This document shows, piece by piece, positions 56,345 through 64,000 of a stretch of 64,000 bases of DNA. The stretch is from Vicinamibacterales bacterium (GTDB lineage Bacteria; Acidobacteriota; Vicinamibacteria; Vicinamibacterales; 2-12-FULL-66-21). The notes under the pieces were generated by a model that saw only the letters and a program-made list of their open reading frames with translations, did no database searches and had not been told where the DNA came from. Position numbers and translations under genes: made by a program. The stretch covers positions 35,097 through 99,096 of the forward strand of contig DASTVZ010000012.1 of the NCBI GenBank assembly GCA_035758845.1, read 5' to 3'. Each line of letters begins with the position of its first letter. Position 1 is the stretch's first letter.

Positions 56345-56433
56345 CTGCGCGTGGGGCCCCACCCCCACGCGCTCTCGCTGGGCGGCGCCGCTTCACGCCG
56401 GAGCCTTCGGCGTAGGCGGACGCAGGCGCTCTT
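56345..56433. repeat. GC-rich intergenic repeat with core hairpin GCGCGTGGGG-ccccac-CCCCACGCGC
   Basis: Aligns in inverted orientation with 37212-37308. Its core resembles 5933-5956, and its distal part resembles 18249-18267. Confidence 0.75.
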
Positions 56434-56435
56434 TC

Positions 56436-56473
56436 AAAAAAAAACCCGCCGGCGTTTTCAAGCCGGCGGGTTT
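56436..56473 (-). terminator. Intrinsic terminator (attenuator) of the Thr/Ile leader
   Basis: Minus strand: CCCGCCGGC-ttgaaaac-GCCGGCGGG, followed by T9. About 100 nt upstream of hom. Confidence 0.8.
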
Positions 56474-56498
56474 GGTCGAGCGCGATTTCTTTGTGAAC

Positions 56499-56594
56499 TC
56501 AGATTGCGTTCGCCAACCGACCACCGGCATGAGACGTTCGCGGCGTGCGAATTCGCATGCACATCGGGCACGTGATGGTGATCGTCGCAAACAT
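56499..56594 (-). CDS. Thr/Ile-rich leader peptide (31 aa)
   Basis: Not in the ORF track. ATG TTT GCG ACG ATC ACC ATC ACG TGC CCG ... TGA translates to MFATITITCPMCMRIRTPRTSHAGGRLANAI. Confidence 0.7.
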   Translation of the reverse strand: MFATITITCPMCMRIRTPRTSHAGGRLANAI

Positions 56595-56636
56595 GCAGTC
56601 TCGAGGGCACGATCTTCAGACCGTGCCGAAACAGCG

Positions 56637-56666
56637 AGTATAGAAGTCGGGCAATGCGAACGTCAA
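56637..56666 (-). promoter_or_regulatory. Sigma-70-type promoter of the thr leader
   Basis: Minus strand: TTGACG (56666-56661), 18 nt, TATACT (56642-56637). Confidence 0.6.
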
Positions 56667-57004
56667 GTCGACAGCGTTCACCGTCACGCTGAAACGTTAC
56701 CGCCGGTTACGTCGAAGGTACGAAGAAGCGAAGGTGTCGTTCGCATGCAGTTCTCGGACATCCTGACGCGCGAAGCGCGTGGCGGCGGACGCCTTGTCTC
56801 TGCCCGGCTGGCGCACTGGGCTCCAGCCGGGGTCATCTTGTCATTTCAGACATTTAGCTGTTCTTCGATTCTTCAATTCTTCGCCGTAAGACCAGTGGGT
56901 ACGTCTCAGCTCGACAGTGGGCGCTTCTTTGCTATTAGCGTACTTTATGATGTTGAAAACATTATAAATTTGACTTCATTGCCATGACCGGTCAGGATAA
57001 ACCC

Positions 57005-57082
57005 ATGCGCTTTCGCGTACCTGCCGTCGTCGGTGTCGTAGGCCGGATTAGCGGCCGGCCGGAGACCGCTCCAGGCGAGTGA
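57005..57082 (+). CDS. Val-rich leader peptide (25 aa)
   Basis: Not in the ORF track. AGGA SD lies 7 nt upstream. ATG CGC TTT CGC GTA CCT GCC GTC GTC GGT GTC GTA GGC ... TGA translates to MRFRVPAVVGVVGRISGRPETAPGE. An in-frame ATG at 56984 would add 7 aa. Confidence 0.6.
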   Translation: MRFRVPAVVGVVGRISGRPETAPGE

Positions 57083-57112
57083 ACGGCGCCACAATTCAGT
57101 AAAGAGACACCA

Positions 57113-57152
57113 GGGGCCGTCACTCGAACCAGAGGCGACGGCCCTTTCCTTT
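57113..57152 (+). terminator. Terminator-like hairpin (attenuator) upstream of pheA-ilv
   Basis: GGGCCGTC (57114-57121) pairs with GACGGCCC (57137-57144), followed by TTTCCTTT. It ends 46 nt before the pheA GTG. Confidence 0.55.
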
Positions 57153-57197
57153 AGGGGCGGGCCCGACGGTCCGTCGCGGTGAGGAGGAAGGGTCAGC

Positions 57198-58064
57198 GTG
57201 CGAGTCGCGTATCAAGGGGAACCAGGCGCTTTCAGTGAAGCCGCCGTGCTGCGGCTGCTGCCGGATGCTGAGCCGCGCCCATACCCGACCTTCGACGAGG
57301 TGTTCGATGCCGTCTCAAACGGGTCGGTCAACCTCGGTGTGGTGCCGATCGAAAACTCCATCGGCGGATCGATTCACCGCAATTACGACCTGCTGGTGCA
57401 GCGCGAGCTCTCAATCGTCGGCGAAGTGCAGGTGCCGGTGGTGCACAACCTGCTCGCGCTCCCCGGAGTGCGCCTCGAGGAAGTTCGCCGAGTGCTGTCG
57501 CATCCTCAGGCGTTGGCCCAGTGCGCGGCGTTCCTGCGCGGGCTCGAACACGTCGAGGCGATTGCGACCTACGACACCGCGGGCAGCGCAAAGATGGTGC
57601 GCGACGAACAGCGTCGCGACACGGCGGCCATCGCGTCCGAGCGTGCCGGCACCCTCTTCGGGCTGGAATCGCTGCGCGCCGGCATTCAGGACTACGACGA
57701 CAACATCACACGCTTTCTCGCCATCTCGCGTCAGCGCGTGCCGCTCGGCACACCGGACAAGACCAGCCTCGTCTTCACACTGAAGAGTGCTCCAGGAGCG
57801 CTGTTCAAAGCGTTGAGCGTGTTTGCGCTCCGCGACATCGATCTGTCCAAGCTTGAATCCCGTCCCGTGCCTGGACGTCCGTGGGAATACCTGTTCTATC
57901 TCGACGTCGCCGCCGCGCGAGAGGATCTGCAGTGCGCCCGCGCCATGGTGCACCTCGCTGAATTTGCGCCATCGCTTCGTACCCTGGGGTCGTACCCGCG
58001 ATGGCGCGAGCCGGAGGCGAACGCGGAAAACGTTCCGGCGCAGGAAGGAGCGCGCCGTGGCTGA
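57198..58064 (+). CDS. pheA: Prephenate dehydratase (with ACT domain)
   Basis: 288 aa, GTG start after GAGGAGGA. Contains [24 protein letters not shown] and an ACT region ending ESRP. Confidence 0.9.
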   Translation: MRVAYQGEPGAFSEAAVLRLLPDAEPRPYPTFDEVFDAVSNGSVNLGVVPIENSIGGSIHRNYDLLVQRELSIVGEVQVPVVHNLLALPGVRLEEVRRVLSHPQALAQCAAFLRGLEHVEAIATYDTAGSAKMVRDEQRRDTAAIASERAGTLFGLESLRAGIQDYDDNITRFLAISRQRVPLGTPDKTSLVFTLKSAPGALFKALSVFALRDIDLSKLESRPVPGRPWEYLFYLDVAAAREDLQCARAMVHLAEFAPSLRTLGSYPRWREPEANAENVPAQEGARRG

Positions 58065-59745
58065 CGACACCGCGCGACCACTGAAGTGGCAAAGCGGCGG
58101 AATCACTGACGGTCCAAGTCGCGCGCCCGCGCGCGCCATGCTGCACGCATCCGGATTCACCGCTGCGGATCTCAATCGTCCGCTTGTGGGTGTCGCGAAC
58201 ACCTGGATCGAGATAGGCCCGTGTAACTATCACCTGCGAGATCTCGCCGCGTCGGTGAAGAGCGGCATCCGCGCGGCGGGCGGGACGCCGATGGAGTTCA
58301 ACACGGTCTCGATTTCCGACGGGATCACGATGGGCTCAGCCGGCATGCGGACGTCGCTGGTGAGCCGCGAAGTGATCGCGGATTCGATCGAACTGGTGGC
58401 GCGCGGCAACCTCTTCGACGCGATCGTCGTCCTCGTTGGCTGCGACAAGACGATTCCCGGCGGAGCGATGGCGCTCGCCCGGCTCAACATTCCCGGTTTG
58501 ATCCTCTACGGCGGGTCGATTGCGCCGGGCCGGTTCGCCGGTCACGACGTCACGATCCAGGACGTGTTCGAGGCAGTCGGCGCGCACGCCGCCGGACGCA
58601 TGACCGATGCCGATCTTCGCGACATCGAGACGCACGCATGCCCTGGCGCCGGGGCATGCGGCGGTCAGTTCACCGCAAACACAATGGCCACGGCGTGTGA
58701 ATTCCTCGGGCTCGCACCCATGGGAAGCGGCGATGTGCCGGCCGTCGATGCCTCGAAGAGTTCCGTCGCAGAACGGACCGGCGCCATGGTGATGGACGTC
58801 CTGAAACGCGGCGTCCGTCCGTCACACGTCGTTACCCGCGAATCACTCGAGAACGCGATTGCGGCAGTGGCCGCTACCGGCGGTTCCACCAATGCGGTGC
58901 TTCACCTGATGGCGATCGCGCGCGAAGCTGGCGTCAAACTGGCGCTCGAGGATTTCGATCGGATCAGCGCGCGCGTGCCATTGCTGGCGGATCTGAAACC
59001 GGGCGGACGGTTTGTCGCCGTCGATCTCCATCGCGCAGGTGGTACGCGTCTGGTCGCGCAGCGCCTGCAGGCGGCAGGAGCGCTGCACGCGAGCGCAATG
59101 ACCGTCACCGGCAAGACGATCGGTGAAGAGGCCGCGCAGGCAAAGGAAACACCTGGACAGGAAGTCGTTCGCCCCGTGTCGTCGCCGCTGAAACCGACAG
59201 GTGGTCTGGTTATTCTCCGCGGCAACCTCGCTCCCGACGGCTGCGTCGTCAAGGTTGCCGGACACGATTTCGGAATTCATCGCGGACCGGCACGTGTGTT
59301 CGAAGGCGAAGAAGCCGCCTTCGCAGCGGTGCAGGCCGGTCGCATCAAAGCCGGCGACGTCGTCGTCATCCGCCATGAAGGCCCGAAAGGCGGACCTGGG
59401 ATGCGCGAAATGCTTGGCGTCACCGGGGCCATTGTCGGCGCCGGCCTGGGGGAGTCGGTCGCGCTGGTGACCGACGGACGCTTCTCTGGCGCCACGCATG
59501 GCCTGATGGCCGGCCATGTTGCCCCCGAAGCCGCGGCAGGCGGACCGATCGCGGCGGTTCACGAGGGGGACATGATCACGCTCGATCTGCCGGCGAGAGG
59601 CATTCACGTCGATATTTCTGATAGCGAGATGGCCGAGCGCTTGCGCCAGTATCGGCCGCAACCGCCGCGGTTCACCAGCGGTGTGATGGCGAAATACGCA
59701 CGGCTTGTATCATCCGCTGCTGAGGGCGCTGTAACGAGTGCGTAG
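58057..59745 (+). CDS. ilvD: Dihydroxy-acid dehydratase
   Basis: ORF 57823..59745 trimmed to GTG 58057 after AGGAAGGAG. Contains [18 protein letters not shown] and TDGRFSG. Confidence 0.92.
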   Translation: MADDTARPLKWQSGGITDGPSRAPARAMLHASGFTAADLNRPLVGVANTWIEIGPCNYHLRDLAASVKSGIRAAGGTPMEFNTVSISDGITMGSAGMRTSLVSREVIADSIELVARGNLFDAIVVLVGCDKTIPGGAMALARLNIPGLILYGGSIAPGRFAGHDVTIQDVFEAVGAHAAGRMTDADLRDIETHACPGAGACGGQFTANTMATACEFLGLAPMGSGDVPAVDASKSSVAERTGAMVMDVLKRGVRPSHVVTRESLENAIAAVAATGGSTNAVLHLMAIAREAGVKLALEDFDRISARVPLLADLKPGGRFVAVDLHRAGGTRLVAQRLQAAGALHASAMTVTGKTIGEEAAQAKETPGQEVVRPVSSPLKPTGGLVILRGNLAPDGCVVKVAGHDFGIHRGPARVFEGEEAAFAAVQAGRIKAGDVVVIRHEGPKGGPGMREMLGVTGAIVGAGLGESVALVTDGRFSGATHGLMAGHVAPEAAAGGPIAAVHEGDMITLDLPARGIHVDISDSEMAERLRQYRPQPPRFTSGVMAKYARLVSSAAEGAVTSA

Positions 59746-59764
59746 CTGTCAGTTTTGGGCTTTT

Positions 59765-59905
59765 GGTTTTGCGTTCTAGGTTTTGCGTTCTCGGTTCTGG
59801 TTTTCGTTTTGGTTTGCGGGTCCGTGCGGGATTTTGGCTTTCCGCTGGAACTCACAACCAGGAACGACAACCAAGAACGAAAACGAAGAACGGAGAACGC
59901 AAAAC
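59765..59905. repeat. Long imperfect inverted repeat in the ilvD-ilvB spacer
   Basis: Left arm 59780-59814 (GTTTTGCGTTCTCGGTTCTGGTTTTCGTTTTGGTT) pairs with right arm 59869-59905. A direct partial copy of the left arm lies at 59765-59777. Confidence 0.8.
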
Positions 59906-59927
59906 TAAAAACAGGTAAGGGACACAA

Positions 59928-61640
59928 ATGAAGTTAACAGGTGCACAAATCCTTTGGGAATGCCTGGTTCGCGAGGGCGTGACGGATATCTTCGGATATC
60001 CGGGCGGCGCGATCCTGCCGGCCTACGACGCAATGCTGGACTATCCGATCCGGCACGTGCTCGTGCGGCACGAACAAGGAGCGACGCACATGGCCGACGG
60101 CTACGCGCGCGCGAGTGGCGGCGTCGGTGTCGCGATTGCCACATCAGGCCCGGGCGCGACCAACATGGTCACCGGTATTGCCACCGCGATGCTGGACTCC
60201 TCGCCCATCGTCTGCATCACCGGGCAAGTTGGCAGCCGTTTGATCGGCAGCGACGCCTTCCAGGAAATCGACATCACCGGCATCACGCTGCCGGTAACGA
60301 AGCACAACTACCTGGTCACGCGCGCGGAGGATATTGCCAAGGCTGTGCGCGAAGCATTCGTCATCGCGAAGTCGGGCAGGCCGGGACCGGTCCTCATCGA
60401 CATCACGAAGGATGCGCAGCAGTCGTCGTGCGAGTTCGACTGGGACGCGGCCGCGCCCTCAGTGCCTGGGTGGCGATCCGCCCCCGAAACCCCCGACACG
60501 TCCCTGGCCCATGCCGCAGCCATCCTGAACGCGGCCGAACGCCCGGTCATTCTCGCGGGTCACGGAGTGATGATCTCTGGCGCCATGGACGAACTGCGCG
60601 CCCTCGCCGAACGCGCGCAGATCCCCGTGGCGATGACGCTGCTCGGGATTGGCTGCATGCCGGCGTCGCATCAGCTCAACATCGGGATGATGGGCATGCA
60701 CGGCGAAGCGTGGGTCAATCACGCAATCCAGGAAGCCGATCTTCTGATCGCTGCCGGCATGCGCTTCGATGACCGGGTGACCGGAAACCTCAAGACCTAC
60801 GCACCCCACGCCAAGAAGATTCACATCGAGATCGACCCCTCGGAAATCAACAAGAACGTTGCGGTGGACGCAGCACTCATCGGTGATCTCCGATCGGTCC
60901 TGAAACGCCTGTTACCGTCTATCGCGCAGGGTAATCGCGAGAAATGGGTTGGGCACATCAACGAACTCAAGGGGGACTCCGCCGTGCGCGACATTCAGTC
61001 GCTGCCCGATGATGGGCATCTCTACGCGGCGCATGTGATCAACGACCTCTGGCGGGCGACGCGGAGCACGGAAACGATCGTGGTCACCGACGTCGGCCAG
61101 CACCAGATGTGGGAAGCGCAGTACTACCACCACGAGGCGCCGCGATCGCTGATCACCTCGGGTGGACTGGGGACGATGGGATTTGCCGTGCCGGCGGCGA
61201 TCGGCGCCAAGCGCGCGCGGCCGGACGCCGAAGTCTGGGCAATCGTCGGCGACGGTGGATTCCAGATGACGATGTGCGAGCTGGCCACGGCAGTGCAGGA
61301 AGGCATTGCCGTCAAGGTCGGCATCATCAACAACGGTTATCTGGGCATGGTGCGGCAGTGGCAGGAGTTCTTCTACGAGCGTCGCTACGCGGCCACCCCG
61401 CTCTCCGGTCCCGACTTCGTCAAGCTGGCTGAAGCATTCGGTATTCGAGGCATTGGCGTCTCCAAGCGCGCGGAAGTCAATCCGGCAGTTGAAGAGGCGC
61501 GCAATCATGCAGGTCCCGTGGTCGTCGACTTCCGAGTGGAACAGGAAGATACCGTCTATCCGATGGTGCCGGCCGGCGCCGACCTGCACGCGATGATCCG
61601 CCGACCCAATCCGATCGTCGAAACCGGCGCGGACGTGTAA
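59928..61640 (+). CDS. ilvB: Acetolactate synthase large subunit
   Basis: 570 aa with IFGYPGGAILP and ThDP motif GGLGTMGFAVPAAIGA...GDGGFQM...NN. Confidence 0.93.
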   Translation: MKLTGAQILWECLVREGVTDIFGYPGGAILPAYDAMLDYPIRHVLVRHEQGATHMADGYARASGGVGVAIATSGPGATNMVTGIATAMLDSSPIVCITGQVGSRLIGSDAFQEIDITGITLPVTKHNYLVTRAEDIAKAVREAFVIAKSGRPGPVLIDITKDAQQSSCEFDWDAAAPSVPGWRSAPETPDTSLAHAAAILNAAERPVILAGHGVMISGAMDELRALAERAQIPVAMTLLGIGCMPASHQLNIGMMGMHGEAWVNHAIQEADLLIAAGMRFDDRVTGNLKTYAPHAKKIHIEIDPSEINKNVAVDAALIGDLRSVLKRLLPSIAQGNREKWVGHINELKGDSAVRDIQSLPDDGHLYAAHVINDLWRATRSTETIVVTDVGQHQMWEAQYYHHEAPRSLITSGGLGTMGFAVPAAIGAKRARPDAEVWAIVGDGGFQMTMCELATAVQEGIAVKVGIINNGYLGMVRQWQEFFYERRYAATPLSGPDFVKLAEAFGIRGIGVSKRAEVNPAVEEARNHAGPVVVDFRVEQEDTVYPMVPAGADLHAMIRRPNPIVETGADV

Positions 61641-61650
61641 CGAGGCCCCC

Positions 61651-62205
61651 ATGAAGATGCATATTTTCACTGTCTACGTCGAGGACCTGCCCGGCGTCCT
61701 GAACCGCGTCGCGTCACTGTTCCGCCGGCGCAACTTCAACATCATTTCGCTTGCCGTCGGACACAGCGAGACGCCCGGCGTTTCCCGCATGACCATCGTC
61801 GTCCAGACTGATGCTGGCGGCGCGCAGCGCATAGCGGCGCACTTGTACAAGTTGATCAACGTGCTCCGTGTCGAGGACATCACCGACCGTCCTGCCGTCG
61901 TTCGCGATCTCGCATTGATTAAAGTGAGCGCGGATCGGGAACACCGTCCTCCGCTCATGCAGCTGGCGGAAGTCTTCGGCGCCCGCGTCGTCGACGTCGC
62001 GCCGGAGTCAATCGTGATCGAGATGGCCGGATCCGAGGCAAAGATCGACGGCTTGCTCGAAGTTCTGCGACCGTACGGTGTGCTCGAACTGGTTCGGACT
62101 GGTCGCGTCGCCATGTCGCGCGGCGTCGGCAGCGGATCGCCGGCGGCCGGACACGGACCGGCTGTGATTCCCGATACGCAGACGGGAGTGTCGTATTCCG
62201 TCTAG
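61651..62205 (+). CDS. ilvN: Acetolactate synthase small (regulatory) subunit
   Basis: 184 aa with ACT domain HIFTVYVEDLPGVLNRVASLFRRRNFNIISLAVG. Confidence 0.9.
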   Translation: MKMHIFTVYVEDLPGVLNRVASLFRRRNFNIISLAVGHSETPGVSRMTIVVQTDAGGAQRIAAHLYKLINVLRVEDITDRPAVVRDLALIKVSADREHRPPLMQLAEVFGARVVDVAPESIVIEMAGSEAKIDGLLEVLRPYGVLELVRTGRVAMSRGVGSGSPAAGHGPAVIPDTQTGVSYSV

Positions 62206-62224
62206 AGTGCTCCTGACAACAACC

Positions 62225-62368
62225 TTCACTGTCACGCAGCATCCCTGTCCTCGAGAAAACAGGAGAAAGGAGAAGAGAGAACAAGAATCTGATTTCCTAA
62301 AGACTTAGAATTCTCCTTTCTCCTGTCTCCTGTGATCTCTTAAGACAGGAATGCAGCGTGACAGTGAA
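62225..62368. repeat. Nested inverted repeat (composite hairpin) in the ilvN-ilvC spacer
   Basis: Outer arms 62225-62249 and 62344-62368 match at 23/25 positions. Inner arms 62259-62274 and 62311-62326 match at 16/16. Confidence 0.85.
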
Positions 62369-62431
62369 TACCGAGAGTTAGAACGCGAAACCTGAAACTG
62401 CCACAATTCCTGATTTCCCGGAGGCTTCCCA

Positions 62432-63451
<1,020 letters not shown>

Positions 63452-63460
63452 TCTGCAGCA

Positions 63461-64000
63461 ATGGATCTGAGACAGCTGGAGATTCTGCGTGCGATTGCCG
63501 AGAGCGGCTCGTTCACGGCGGCCGGCGCCCGCCTGAACGTCTCGCAATCGGCAATCAGCCGTCAGATCCTGCTGCTCGAGGAAGAATTCAAGGAGCCGCT
63601 CTTTATCCGCTTCGGCCGGCGGATCCAGATCACGCCGACGGGCGAAGTCCTCCTGCAGTTGAGCCATCGCGTCTTCGCCGACATCCGCGACACCTCCGAG
63701 AGCATCCTCGACACGAAGAAGAAGCTGTCGGGGACGTTGCGGCTGGTCGGCGGGATGACGGTGTGTCTCTACGTCTTTCCTCCCCTGCTGAAAGAGTTCC
63801 GCCGTCGCCACCCCGACGTTGATATCAAGGTGATCACGGGTGGCACGCCACGGCTGCTGCGCAAGCTTCGTTCTGGTGCCGCCGATCTCGGTTTGCTGAC
63901 GTTGCCGACCGACGACTCGGCGCTGGCGACGGTTCCAGTCATTCACGAGGAGCTGCTTCTCGTTGCGCCTCCGGCGAACCGTCTCGCCAACGGCCGCGCG
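63461..64000 (+). CDS. LysR-family transcriptional regulator (N-terminal 180 codons; runs off the right edge)
   Basis: Not in the ORF track because it has no stop. MDLRQLEILRAIAESGSFTAAGARLNVSQSAISRQILLLEEEF is a typical LysR HTH. Confidence 0.8.
   Translation, partial: MDLRQLEILRAIAESGSFTAAGARLNVSQSAISRQILLLEEEFKEPLFIRFGRRIQITPTGEVLLQLSHRVFADIRDTSESILDTKKKLSGTLRLVGGMTVCLYVFPPLLKEFRRRHPDVDIKVITGGTPRLLRKLRSGAADLGLLTLPTDDSALATVPVIHEELLLVAPPANRLANGRA

Noticed and set aside
56310-56987. 225-aa plus-strand ORF spanning the hom upstream region.
   Set aside because: It runs through a repeat element, a bidirectional terminator and the thr leader. It has no start-site support and an implausible composition.

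Overview
High-GC bacterial chromosomal segment (GC not computed). The gene content and intergenic repeats suggest an Acidobacteriota-like organism, but that is inference only because no database search was possible. I call about 60 protein genes, one tRNA-Phe and several short-repeat families. I found no rRNA, CRISPR array, transposase, integrase or prophage. From left to right the window contains: a vapBC toxin-antitoxin pair, hbd, a TPR/VWA pair, pilT, a YdjM-like hydrolase and recA. Next is a minus-strand cell-wall/phospho-signalling operon (FHA, small TM peptide, PP2C, Ser/Thr kinase, fused SEDS-PBP, FHA), preceded by ftsB. Then come tRNA-Phe, a C-N hydrolase, an NtrC-type two-component system, an ABC-2 exporter, rsgA, glycogen debranching enzyme with treZ, and a hybrid kinase. 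A MarR/SRPBCC/DUF3052/ClpP-like operon follows, then a MacA-like adaptor with an ATPase but no permease, and a second NtrC-type system. After that are a nucleotide-salvage cluster (deoC, rpiB, hpt, deaminase-like amidohydrolase, upp) and a citryl-CoA-lyase-like gene. The right third is amino-acid and sulfur metabolism. The most interesting signals are not in the ORF track. Three short leader peptides each sit in front of the matching biosynthetic operon: a Cys-rich one, a Thr/Ile-rich one and a Val-rich one. Each has mutually exclusive pairings and a terminator hairpin (the Cys and Thr leaders also have a recognisable promoter), as in ribosome-mediated attenuation. The Cys leader controls an operon joining siroheme synthesis, sulfite reductase, homoserine kinase, a second ThrC-like PLP enzyme and a fused MoaD/ThiS-E1-rhodanese protein. 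I read this as a likely protein-thiocarboxylate route from O-phosphohomoserine to homocysteine. All functional calls rest on motifs I recognise in the translations; none were verified by search.
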